Origin: a bacterium
GTDB taxonomy: Bacteria > Verrucomicrobiota > Kiritimatiellia > RFP12 > UBA1067
Direction: 5' to 3'
Assembly (NCBI GenBank): GCA_037141675.1
Contig: JBAXCC010000002.1
Coordinates: forward strand, 1-50,403
Length of the DNA stretch: 50,403 nt
Each line of letters starts with the position of its first letter. Within the stretch, counting starts at the first letter, position 1. Under the pieces are notes generated by a model. That model saw nothing but the letters and a program-made list of their open reading frames with translations. It ran no database searches and had not been told where the DNA came from. Positions 35,633 through 44,381 of the stretch are shown in pieces. The translations under genes were made by a program, and so were the position numbers.

Positions 35633-38110
35633 ATGAGAGAGGAACACGAAGAGGCTCAAGGATCGAAAGAAGTTGAACGTCGCCGTCCAATTTATTATGG
35701 TGGCGCGTCGCGCCCAATGTATGGGGCATCAGTGCCTGCATATGGAGGGGGTTCCGATATTGGGGGTGCGTATGGTGGCAATGCGTATTATTATGGTTCA
35801 GGCGTTGGCTCAGGTCATACAGACGAAGAAGAATCGCTTGTTGGTTCGTTGACCATTGGTCGTATTTTGCGTGTGTGTTCGCAGAGTTGGATTACCATCT
35901 TGGTCTTTGTAATTGTCGGCGTGCTGACAGCGTTTGCGGTTTTTAAAGTCTCTCCGATCATCTATGAGGCGACCAGCAAGTTCGAGATGAGCATTCGGAA
36001 ACCGTCAATCGCCGGCAGGCCTAGCGCGATTATGGAGATGGATGTTGGCAACACCTTGGATGAAGTGTTTAACACGCGTTTGGCGCGTCTAAGAAGTCGT
36101 GATGTGTTCACTCAAATCATCACGCAGTATCGAAGCGAACACCCAAGCGCAAACTTTTCAACTGAAGAGTTGGGCCGTACGTTGGGCGGCTCAAAGATGA
36201 CGTTACAACGGCGTTCCAAACTGATCTTCGTTACAGTCCGCTCAACAGATTCCCAGCTTGCAGCGGACTTGGCCAATTCGTATGCAAAGGTTGCGGAGTT
36301 GTCTACAACCGATCAGAACAAGAATGAGTCTGATTCAGCCATTGCATGGCTCTCTTCCGCAACGGAACAGCAACGTCGGACGCTTGATCGTGCAGACCAG
36401 GTGATGCTTGCTTACCGTTCAGCCAATCAGATTGACTTGATGGCAAGTGAGGTTAAACTCGCAGAAGGCGCGCTTACCAGGATTACATCTGACGTGATTG
36501 AGATTGAAAGCAAGGTGCTGACCGCGACGGAACTCAGGAAGACCCTTGAAACCATCCAGGGCGACCCTGAAAAGTTTGGCACACTGCCAGACTCGATTCC
36601 ACGATCAATGGAGATCGGTGTCGCGTATCAAACGCTTCAGAAATCGTTAGCCGAGAAGAACTCGTTGTTGGCCCGATTCACCGCAAACCATCCTGAGGTG
36701 AAGGTAAGGGAACGGGAAGTCGAAATTTATAAGCAACAGTTCGCAGATGTTGTGTTTCGTGCGCTGGAGACATCAAAGGCCAATGTTGACTTATTGCAAC
36801 GCCAACTGGCCCAACTCACCCCACGTAAAGCCGAGTTGATGAAGACGATTTCGGAGCTGGAACTCAAAATTGTTTCATCCAAAATGCGTTTGGAACAATT
36901 GGAGCGCGATCGGAAGGTGGCTGAGGAGCAATATCAAGCCTTACGTCAACGGACGCAAGATGCGCTTCTGGCATCCGATGAAACGACAGCCATTATTAAG
37001 CAGGTAGAGCCTGCGTATAAGGCCGATTCCCCTGTTCTGCCCAATCCGCTCATTATTTTTTCGATAGGTCCTTTTTTCGGGTTGATATTGGGTGTCTTGT
37101 TCGTCTTGATTGTGGACCATCAGGAAGACAAGATTGTCGGCCTTGCGGATATTGAACAGCGTCTTCGCCTGAAGACGCTGGTTGTATTGCCACATGTCCG
37201 TCGTAAAAAACGTGAACAGATTGCACGGTTGGTCGTTAATGATAAGTTTTCGCAATTTGCGGAAGCCATGGCAAGTCTTCGCAACCTCTTGGACTCCCCC
37301 CGCTATATCGAATTATCAAAAGTGCTGTTGTGCGTAAGTACGCAACCGGGCGAAGGTAAGACCATTACATCATGTTCGATTGCTGAATCATGCGCATTGA
37401 GCGGACGCAAGACATTGCTCATTGACTTTGATATGCGTCGGCCGCGTATTGCCCGTATTTTCGAAAAGACGGCATCCGAGTTCAGAAGTTTGCCGCATAC
37501 GCTTGCTAAGGGGGACACCGCCGTGTTTGATTTATTGCCCGTCCCTTCCGGAGTTGAAAACCTTGACCTGATTTGTTCGAAGGCCTCATCGGAAATCAGT
37601 CCTGCAGCCTTAATGGGGAGCGGTGCGATTATTGAGCTGTTCAAGTGGGCACGTGAACACTATGAGCGTGTTATCGTTGACTCGCCGCCTTTTGGCATCG
37701 TGGGCGATGTGATGACGTTGTCGGCTCTTGTGGACTCGGTCATGATAATGTGCTGCGCAGACCGCACCCGCTATAATCTGTTGAAGCATGCGCATCGTCA
37801 GCTGACTGAATCTGGCGCACGTGTCATTGGTGTTGTGGTGAATGATGTGGACTTTGGTCGCCATCAGCATTTCGGCAAGTATGATTACCATTACAAGTAT
37901 GGCTCGAAGTATGGATACTCCTCGTATGGTTATAGTGCCGGGAAAAAGATGTCTACTGCTCCAGCAGTTGCGGTCGGATCCGATGCCGTGCGCCAGATAA
38001 CAGAGGAGGAAGACACAAAGAGTGATCCATTGACGAAGCAAGAGCAAGTTGCTGCGCAGCGCAATGCTCGTAAGGATGTGTTTGATTACTCTCTTTCGGA
38101 TGACGAATAG
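35633..38110 (+). CDS. Wzc-type polysaccharide co-polymerase / BY-tyrosine autokinase (PCP-2a)
   Basis: 825 aa. TM helix, Wzz-like periplasmic coiled-coil domain, second TM helix. Cytoplasmic P-loop domain with Walker A (STQPGEGKTITS), Walker A' (LLIDFDMRRP) and Walker B (VIVDSPP). Tyr cluster GKYDYHYKYGSKYGYSSYGYS. Extra Gly/Tyr-rich N-terminal extension. Confidence 0.9.
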   Translation: MREEHEEAQGSKEVERRRPIYYGGASRPMYGASVPAYGGGSDIGGAYGGNAYYYGSGVGSGHTDEEESLVGSLTIGRILRVCSQSWITILVFVIVGVLTAFAVFKVSPIIYEATSKFEMSIRKPSIAGRPSAIMEMDVGNTLDEVFNTRLARLRSRDVFTQIITQYRSEHPSANFSTEELGRTLGGSKMTLQRRSKLIFVTVRSTDSQLAADLANSYAKVAELSTTDQNKNESDSAIAWLSSATEQQRRTLDRADQVMLAYRSANQIDLMASEVKLAEGALTRITSDVIEIESKVLTATELRKTLETIQGDPEKFGTLPDSIPRSMEIGVAYQTLQKSLAEKNSLLARFTANHPEVKVREREVEIYKQQFADVVFRALETSKANVDLLQRQLAQLTPRKAELMKTISELELKIVSSKMRLEQLERDRKVAEEQYQALRQRTQDALLASDETTAIIKQVEPAYKADSPVLPNPLIIFSIGPFFGLILGVLFVLIVDHQEDKIVGLADIEQRLRLKTLVVLPHVRRKKREQIARLVVNDKFSQFAEAMASLRNLLDSPRYIELSKVLLCVSTQPGEGKTITSCSIAESCALSGRKTLLIDFDMRRPRIARIFEKTASEFRSLPHTLAKGDTAVFDLLPVPSGVENLDLICSKASSEISPAALMGSGAIIELFKWAREHYERVIVDSPPFGIVGDVMTLSALVDSVMIMCCADRTRYNLLKHAHRQLTESGARVIGVVVNDVDFGRHQHFGKYDYHYKYGSKYGYSSYGYSAGKKMSTAPAVAVGSDAVRQITEEEDTKSDPLTKQEQVAAQRNARKDVFDYSLSDDE

Positions 38111-38136
38111 AATTTACGCCATAAAGCACATGTGAA

Positions 38137-38167
38137 GGAGCAGGTCGCGAGGCCTGTTCCTTATTTC
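38137..38167 (+). terminator. Rho-independent terminator after the Wzc-like gene
   Basis: GGAGCAGG (38137-38144) pairs with CCTGTTCC (38153-38160), with one G-U pair and an 8-nt loop, followed by TTATTT. It abuts the convergent folK stop. Confidence 0.55.
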
Positions 38168-38651
38168 ATGTTGAAGAAGAGATGCTGTTCAGGAGTTGAG
38201 TAACCGTTTGCTGGTGTCCTGGTAAGACGTAATCCGGGAATAGTTCTGCAAGGGGTTGAAGGACAAAGGCGCGATAATGAGCATGCGGATGGGGGAGTGT
38301 TAAGCTGGGCGTGTTCATGATCGTGTCTCCAAACGCAATGATGTCGATATCAATCGTACGTGCTGCTCCATGTACGCCTGTCCGGGTGCGTCCGAGGCGC
38401 TCCTCAATCGCATGGATAGCTGTTGAAAATGTTTGAGGTGACAAGCTGGTTTGGAGCGCGACAACCGCATTGAGAAACAGGAACCTGCTTTCCGCTTCAG
38501 GCACACCCACCGGTTCTGTCTCATGTATAGACGAACAACGCAGGTGATGTGTGCCGAGTAATGCACCTAATTCCTGAACAGCCTTTTCAATGAAGGCTTT
38601 TCGTGGTTCGATATTGCTCCCCAACGAAAGGATGGCAGTTACAACGTTCAT
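38166..38651 (-). CDS. folK: 2-amino-4-hydroxy-6-hydroxymethyldihydropteridine diphosphokinase (HPPK)
   Basis: 161 aa with AILSLGSNI, ETEPVG, FLNAVVALQT, IEERLGRTR, ARTIDIDII and LTLPHP. Confidence 0.9.
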   Translation of the reverse strand: MNVVTAILSLGSNIEPRKAFIEKAVQELGALLGTHHLRCSSIHETEPVGVPEAESRFLFLNAVVALQTSLSPQTFSTAIHAIEERLGRTRTGVHGAARTIDIDIIAFGDTIMNTPSLTLPHPHAHYRAFVLQPLAELFPDYVLPGHQQTVTQLLNSISSST

Positions 38652-38685
38652 GATGAATCACCCGGCATGAGAGGGGTTGGGTCAT

Positions 38686-39468
38686 TTACGCTGTAAAGCC
38701 CAGCACGTCGCGCATGGTGTAGATACCAGGCTTGCGGTTTGCAAGCCAAAGCGCGGCTCGTAGCGCGCCAGTTGCGAAGGCCTCACGGCTGCTGGCCTTA
38801 TGCGTAATTTCAACGCATTCCTCATCGGCAATCAAAGAAACAGTATGGTCGCCGACAATGGCGCCGCCGCGTACGGCGTGGATACCAATTTCGCCTTTCG
38901 GACGTTCGCCGACAATGCCTTCGCGGCCATAGCATATGACATCCTTCAAGGCAACCTTTCGGCCCGCGGCAGCGGCCTCAGCAAGCATCAGTGCAGTTCC
39001 GCTTGGCGCGTCCTTCTTGAGACGGTGGTGCGCTTCGACAATCTCGATGTCGTAACTGGCGTCGAGGACTTCTGCAGCGCGTTTGACGAGTTCAAGAAGC
39101 AGGTTGACGCCAAGGCTCATATTCGCGGCCCATACAATCGAAATTTGTTTGGCAGCATGATGAACGCCTTGTTTTTCTTCTTCACTGAGTCCTGTTGTCC
39201 CAAGGACTAAGGCCTGTTTATGGTCAACAGCATTCTTGATGTTCGAGGCGACACAGGTATGGAACGTGAAGTCAATGACGACCTCCGCTTGTTTAGGCCA
39301 TTCCGAGGTGTAAACGAGGTCAGCAGGAAAATCTTTAACGCATGTCCCAAGCGCAGGAAAATCTGCGCGCTCAACGGCGGCGACAATTTCACAACCGCTG
39401 ATTTTCTGTGAACAACGCAACAGGTTTTGGCCCATGCGTCCGCCGGCTCCAAGAATGGCTATTTTCAT
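38686..39468 (-). CDS. dapB: 4-hydroxy-tetrahydrodipicolinate reductase
   Basis: MKIAILGAGGRMG Rossmann start, DFTFH, VLGTTG, EAHHRLKKDAPSGTA signature, HAVRGG..VGDHTV. Confidence 0.95.
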   Translation of the reverse strand: MKIAILGAGGRMGQNLLRCSQKISGCEIVAAVERADFPALGTCVKDFPADLVYTSEWPKQAEVVIDFTFHTCVASNIKNAVDHKQALVLGTTGLSEEEKQGVHHAAKQISIVWAANMSLGVNLLLELVKRAAEVLDASYDIEIVEAHHRLKKDAPSGTALMLAEAAAAGRKVALKDVICYGREGIVGERPKGEIGIHAVRGGAIVGDHTVSLIADEECVEITHKASSREAFATGALRAALWLANRKPGIYTMRDVLGFTA

Positions 39469-39469
39469 G

Positions 39470-40339
39470 TTAGATCAGATTGAGGGATGAAAGAGTCTTG
39501 TGTAATTGCTCGCGAATCTTATCTGAAGGCTCGCAGAGCGGAAGACGATACGTTGGGAGTATTCGTCCCATCATCGCCAGCGCTGCCTTGACAGGGATGG
39601 GGTTCGTATCAAGGAAGAGGTCTCGGAAGAGAGGATAGTACATGCGATGGAGGTCTCGCGCATCCGCGAACTTGTCTAAGCGCGCAAGCCGCACCATGTT
39701 AGACATCTCCGCAGGAATCACATTGGATACCACACTGATGACACCCGAAGCGCCCACGCTAATCATGGGGAGTGTTAAGCTGTCATCCCCGGAGAGCACC
39801 GTCATTTCGCACGCGTTAAGAATAGCGCTGACGCGGTCGACGTTTCCGGCTGCTTCCTTGATAGCGATGACCATGGGATTGCCAGCAAGGCGCACCACGG
39901 TTTCGAGCGGGATCTCCTTGCCGGCGCGGCCAGGCACATTGTAGAGTACCACTGGCAGTCCCAAATCAGCGACAGCCGTGAAGTGACGGAACATGCCTTC
40001 CGCATTGGGCTTGTTGTAGTAGGGGGTTACCTGCAATGTTGCATCAGCACCCATTTGCTTTGCTTCGCGTGTGAGGTCTAAAGCCTCAGAAGTGGAATTG
40101 GCCCCTGTCCCTGCAATAATAATTGCCTTTTTTGCGGCAGCTTCAATGGTTACTTCGATAACCTTGAGATGCTCTTCCATATCGAGCGTCGGCGACTCGC
40201 CGGTCGTGCCGACAGGAACGATACCCTCTACACCGCTTGCAATCTGCCAGTTTACCAGTTCGCGCAATGCGCCGTAGTCAACGCTCCCATTTGTGTTGAA
40301 AGGCGTGACCAATGCAGTGAATGTGCCATGTAACGTCAT
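39470..40339 (-). CDS. dapA: 4-hydroxy-tetrahydrodipicolinate synthase
   Basis: ALVTPF, VPVGTTGES, YNKP, YNVPGR and IKEA (active-site Lys context). 289 aa. The stop lies 1 nt before the dapB start. Confidence 0.95.
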   Translation of the reverse strand: MTLHGTFTALVTPFNTNGSVDYGALRELVNWQIASGVEGIVPVGTTGESPTLDMEEHLKVIEVTIEAAAKKAIIIAGTGANSTSEALDLTREAKQMGADATLQVTPYYNKPNAEGMFRHFTAVADLGLPVVLYNVPGRAGKEIPLETVVRLAGNPMVIAIKEAAGNVDRVSAILNACEMTVLSGDDSLTLPMISVGASGVISVVSNVIPAEMSNMVRLARLDKFADARDLHRMYYPLFRDLFLDTNPIPVKAALAMMGRILPTYRLPLCEPSDKIREQLHKTLSSLNLI

Positions 40340-40364
40340 AGTACTCCTTGAAACATCTCAATCA

Positions 40365-41438
40365 TTAACGCTGGACGCGGGCATTGCCCTTCCAGATGCT
40401 CCATACTTGATCTTCATCGGCAGGCAACGCGTAATCCACCAGCATTGTTGTTGCAAGTGCGCCGCTGGCCCAACCGAATTGAATCCATTTTTCAGGCGCC
40501 CATCCCTTCAGGATAGCGTAGAGCATGCCGCCTACAAACCCGTCGCCGCCGCCGATGCGGTCCATCACCGTAATGTGGCGGGGTTCGACAGTGAACCACT
40601 CGTTGCCAACAGACATGAGTGCGCCCCACAGGTGGTTGTTTGAATCTTCGACCTCGCGAAGGGTCGTGCCGTAAACCTGCGCATTTGGGAAAGCCTTCTT
40701 GACACGCTCGATCATGCCTTTGAATCCATCTATCTTTGCCTTGATGTCTTTGCCTCCGGCTTCAGGTCCCTGAATGCCGAGGCAGAGCTGGAAGTCTTCC
40801 TCGTTTCCGAGGAGGATATCCGAGACGCTGGCGATTTCCTTGAAGATCGCGGAGAGTTCTGCTTCGCGGCCCTTCCAGAATGAGGCGCGATAGTTGAGGT
40901 CGAACGAAATCTTTGTGCCATACTTCTTGGCGGACCGTGCGAGTTCTAGGCAGAACGTGCTGGTTTCCGGTGAGAGCGCGCCAATGAGCCCCGACAGGTG
41001 GACGATCTGTACTCCCTCTTTGCCGAAGATGCGGTCAAGGTCGAAATCTTTTACGTTCAACGTACGTCCGACTTCGCCTGCGCGGTCATTCCATACGCGG
41101 GGTCCACGTGAACCGAACCCGCTGTCCGCAATATTAAACTGGTGACGATAACCCCACGGGCCGCCCTGTGCCACTTCAACGCCTTCAAAATCCATGTGCC
41201 GACTACGCAAATCATCCTTCAAAAGTTGTGCAATAGGACTGCCCTTTACGAAGGTCGTCAACACCTTGACAGACAAGCCAAGATAAGCCGCGACGCTGGC
41301 GACATTTGTTTCCGCGCTGGTCGCCTGCATCATGAAGAGGCCGCCTCTGTGAACAGGCTGTCCGTTGACGGGCGTGATGCGCGCACCCATACTGGTTGGA
41401 ACTAAAAGAGAATACTTACAATCTGATCTAAGTTGCAT
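40365..41438 (-). CDS. PfkB-family carbohydrate kinase (2-dehydro-3-deoxygluconokinase-like)
   Basis: C-terminal PfkB signature DRIGGGDGFVGGMLYAIL and an N-terminal substrate-lid region. ATG at 41438 (MQLRS...) is preferred over the GTG at 41453. Substrate not assignable. Confidence 0.8.
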   Translation of the reverse strand: MQLRSDCKYSLLVPTSMGARITPVNGQPVHRGGLFMMQATSAETNVASVAAYLGLSVKVLTTFVKGSPIAQLLKDDLRSRHMDFEGVEVAQGGPWGYRHQFNIADSGFGSRGPRVWNDRAGEVGRTLNVKDFDLDRIFGKEGVQIVHLSGLIGALSPETSTFCLELARSAKKYGTKISFDLNYRASFWKGREAELSAIFKEIASVSDILLGNEEDFQLCLGIQGPEAGGKDIKAKIDGFKGMIERVKKAFPNAQVYGTTLREVEDSNNHLWGALMSVGNEWFTVEPRHITVMDRIGGGDGFVGGMLYAILKGWAPEKWIQFGWASGALATTMLVDYALPADEDQVWSIWKGNARVQR

Positions 41439-41559
41439 GCTTGGTATTTCCACGGGTTGTAAAATTAAATGACCTCTTGCTCTGATTCAAGCAATTCGGG
41501 ATAGTGTAACAAGACTAAGGCGCTTCCCGCAATAATTTTTCCACGCCATTTTTCTGATT

Positions 41560-41991
41560 TTATGTGTCGCTGGCGAGGAAAAGCTCAGGCTTTGGATTGG
41601 CCAGGATAGACTTGTCTTTAAGAATCTGGTAGGCGACAACCCCGGAGCTGCAGATGAGCACAGGGAGTAGTGACCATGCGTAGGAAAAACTTTTGTAGAT
41701 CAATAGGTTCCACGTGATGACGGAGGCATAGCCGACTGTGGTGCAAACCAGGAAAGACCAGGCGCTTCGGCGCTTTTCTCGATTGATAGACGTAATGACA
41801 AGATAGAGAATATAGAGGATCGGACCTGCTATGCGTGAGAGGGTCAGCCCGAAGATGACAAGCGATTTCATCATGCCCCATCCGTCAGCGCCATGAATCG
41901 TCGGCCAGAAGAAATACATGAAAACAAAAAGTTGCGGCACCAAAAGAATGACGGCCGCAGCTTCAAGAAGCGATTGGATGATGGCTTTCAT
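41560..41991 (-). CDS. Small polytopic membrane protein, function unknown
   Basis: 143 aa with four hydrophobic helices. The start overlaps the lipB stop (ATGA), suggesting co-translation with lipB. Confidence 0.55.
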   Translation of the reverse strand: MKAIIQSLLEAAAVILLVPQLFVFMYFFWPTIHGADGWGMMKSLVIFGLTLSRIAGPILYILYLVITSINREKRRSAWSFLVCTTVGYASVITWNLLIYKSFSYAWSLLPVLICSSGVVAYQILKDKSILANPKPELFLASDT

Positions 41992-42638
41992 TGGGGTTGT
42001 TCGTATTGGAACACCTGTTTGAAGGAGGAGACGACAGCCTGCTTGACGTCCTGCATGTCAACAGGCTTACCCAGCAGTTTGCTCATGGATGTCACACCGG
42101 CGTCTTGGATGCCGCAGGAGACAATGCCGCAGTAATCTGCCAGCTTTGTGTTCACATTCAGCGAAAAGCCGTGCATGGTGACATAATGAGAGACACGAAT
42201 GCCGATGGCTGCGAGCTTGTTGTTTCCCACCCACACGCCTCGGTTACGCGGGTCGCGCCCCGCTTTAATTCCGAATATGGCTAGCGCCTGAATTAATGTC
42301 TCCTCCAGTGCAGTGACATACTCGATAACCTTCAGGTTGGTCTCGCCAAGATGAATAATGGGGTAGCCAACCAGCTGCCCAGGTCCGTGGTAGGTGACAT
42401 CCCCGCCGCGTGAAGTCTCAAAACGTTCAATTCCCGTTTCCTGCAGGGTCTCTTGCGAATAGAGAATGTTATTGGCCTCTGCGGAACGGCCCAACGTATA
42501 GACACGTCGATGCTCGAGCAGCAGCAAGGTGTCGGGCACAGTCCCGTTACAACGCTCCGCATGCGTCTGCTCTTGAAGCGCTAAGACGTCGGCATATGGC
42601 TGATCCTTGCCTAGATCCTGTATAGAAAGCGTTCTCAT
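41988..42638 (-). CDS. lipB: Octanoyltransferase (lipoyl(octanoyl) transferase) LipB
   Basis: Contains LLLEHRRVYTLGR, RGGDVTYHGPGQLVGYPI, KLAAIGIRV (catalytic Lys context) and HGFSLNV. ATG at 42638 (MRTLSIQDLG...) is preferred over the GTG at 42671, which lies inside the rpsT terminator hairpin. Confidence 0.9.
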   Translation of the reverse strand: MRTLSIQDLGKDQPYADVLALQEQTHAERCNGTVPDTLLLLEHRRVYTLGRSAEANNILYSQETLQETGIERFETSRGGDVTYHGPGQLVGYPIIHLGETNLKVIEYVTALEETLIQALAIFGIKAGRDPRNRGVWVGNNKLAAIGIRVSHYVTMHGFSLNVNTKLADYCGIVSCGIQDAGVTSMSKLLGKPVDMQDVKQAVVSSFKQVFQYEQPQ

Positions 42639-42653
42639 GAAGGGGTTGAATAG

Positions 42654-42694
42654 AACAACAAAACCGGACACCTTACGACTGTACGGTGACCGGT
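42654..42694 (-). terminator. Rho-independent terminator after rpsT
   Basis: The minus strand reads ACCGGTCACC, a 12-nt loop, GGTGTCCGGT (one T-T mismatch), then TTTGTTGTT. It lies 27 nt downstream of the rpsT stop and only ~15 nt upstream of the lipB ATG, so lipB expression would need read-through. Confidence 0.55.
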
Positions 42695-42721
42695 CTTGCT
42701 TTTATCGATTACAAAGATGAA

Positions 42722-42985
42722 TTAACCCAGCTTTGAAATACTAGTCGCCATGCGGGATTTCTTGCGGCTAGCGTTGTTCCTCGCGATGATGCCTTTTTTC
42801 GCTGTCTTATCCAAAACGGACGTATAAGCGGAAAAAGCTTTTGTTGCCTCATCCTTGTTGCCAGACTCAATCGCCGCTAAAACTTTCTTGCGGGCGGTCA
42901 ACACGCGGCTCTTGCCGGCTTTGTTACGCTTGTGACTTGCGTCTGCCTGCTTGGCACGCTTAACTGCACTCTTAATGTTCGCCAT
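42722..42985 (-). CDS. rpsT: 30S ribosomal protein S20
   Basis: 87 aa: MANIKSAVKRAKQADASHKRNKAGKSRVLTARKKV...KKGIIARNNASRKKSRM. Confidence 0.96.
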   Translation of the reverse strand: MANIKSAVKRAKQADASHKRNKAGKSRVLTARKKVLAAIESGNKDEATKAFSAYTSVLDKTAKKGIIARNNASRKKSRMATSISKLG

Positions 42986-43031
42986 GAAACGTTGCTCCTT
43001 AATGCTCTAATCGTGGTAAAAAACGGAGATT

Positions 43032-43060
43032 ATATTACCTTCATTTTTCAGATTGGTCAA
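43032..43060 (-). promoter_or_regulatory. Putative sigma-70 promoter of rpsT
   Basis: The minus strand reads TTGACC (43060-43055), a 17-nt spacer, then TAATAT (43037-43032), ~45 nt upstream of the rpsT ATG. Pattern match only. Confidence 0.35.
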
Positions 43061-43190
43061 TTGCTAACCTTAAAAAATGAAAAATATTTTCTGGTCTGCC
43101 CTTGCCAATTCAAAAAAAATATGATACTTCCTTAAATTCTTTTGCGCCTTCGGGTACAGAGGAACTTGGGTTTCGGAGGAAAAGCATAGC

Positions 43191-44330
43191 GTGACTGAAC
43201 GAGAAGCATTGATAGCCTTTAATCGGGTCCAGGGCATTGGCTCTATGACGGCCCAGCAGATTATTGAAGCGCTGGGTTCGCTGGCCGCCGTATTTGAAGC
43301 TTCTGCGGAAACACTGCAGGGCATCCCTGGTGTTGGCGTAGAACGAGCCGCGTTATTGACGCAGGACTTGAGACAGGTCTCGGCTGATGAAGAGCTAGAA
43401 CGGGCGGCAAAGACAGGTGTGCAGGTGATCACGTGGGAGGATGAAACGTATCCGGCCTTATTAAAGGAAATAGCGGATCCGCCGCTTGTCCTGTATGTGG
43501 CGGGCGACGTGACGGCTTTGGATACGCCGTCCATTGCCATTGTAGGGACGCGGCATCCGACGGTTTATGGACGCGAGACTGCGCGCCGGTTTGCGTATCA
43601 GCTCGGAGTTGCGGGCTATACCATCACCAGCGGACTGGCGGAGGGCATTGATACAGAGGCGCATATGGGCGCGCTGAAGGCCAAGGGGAAGACCGTTGCC
43701 GTGCTGGGTGGCGCGCTCGACTGTCTCTATCCGAAGTCGAACACGAAGCTGGCACGTGAGATTGCGACCTCCGGCGGCGCGGTTATTTCGGAGTACGCCT
43801 TCGGACGGCAACCGGACCGACAGACGTTTCCGATGCGGAATCGTATCGTCAGCGGCCTTTCAAGGGGTGTGTTGGTCGTTGAGGCGCCTATCAACAGCGG
43901 GACGCTGATTACCGCCGGGCAGGGTATGGAACAGAATCGGTCGGTGATGGCGATCCCTGGACGCATTGATTCCGCGGCATCCCAGGGTTGCCATAAGTTG
44001 TTGAAGGAGGGGGTGCGGTTGGTGACCTCTCCAGAAGAGGTCATCGATGAAGTCCAGGATCTGTTTGTTGGCACGAGTGCACGTATCTCAGCCGAGATAC
44101 GCAAGCCTGTGAAAAAGACGGAGTTCAAGGCGGAGAAGAAGCCGGTACCAGTATTGACGGCTGAGGAGCGGTCAATTATGGCAGTAGGCGAAGAGGGTGG
44201 CACTCATATTGATACCATCATCCGTAAGACAGGACTGCCTGCGGGACGGGTGAATGCGCTACTGGTGAGTTTGCAGATTAAGAGGCTGGTGAAGCTGATG
44301 CCCGGTGGCATCGTGATGCGGGCGTCGTGA
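43191..44330 (+). CDS. dprA: DNA-processing protein DprA (Smf)
   Basis: GTG start with GGAGGA 10 nt upstream. SAM-like N-domain (GIGSMTAQQI). Rossmann core (AIVGTRHPTVYG, TSGLAEGIDTEAH, GKTVAVLG.G.D..YP, FPMRNRIVSGLS, GVLVVEA...SG). C-terminal winged-helix-like domain. Confidence 0.92.
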   Translation: MTEREALIAFNRVQGIGSMTAQQIIEALGSLAAVFEASAETLQGIPGVGVERAALLTQDLRQVSADEELERAAKTGVQVITWEDETYPALLKEIADPPLVLYVAGDVTALDTPSIAIVGTRHPTVYGRETARRFAYQLGVAGYTITSGLAEGIDTEAHMGALKAKGKTVAVLGGALDCLYPKSNTKLAREIATSGGAVISEYAFGRQPDRQTFPMRNRIVSGLSRGVLVVEAPINSGTLITAGQGMEQNRSVMAIPGRIDSAASQGCHKLLKEGVRLVTSPEEVIDEVQDLFVGTSARISAEIRKPVKKTEFKAEKKPVPVLTAEERSIMAVGEEGGTHIDTIIRKTGLPAGRVNALLVSLQIKRLVKLMPGGIVMRAS

Positions 44331-44381
44331 CCGCCTCGATCGAAGAAGTTAGAACGTGTTTTTTAGAAAGGAAGAGAAGTA

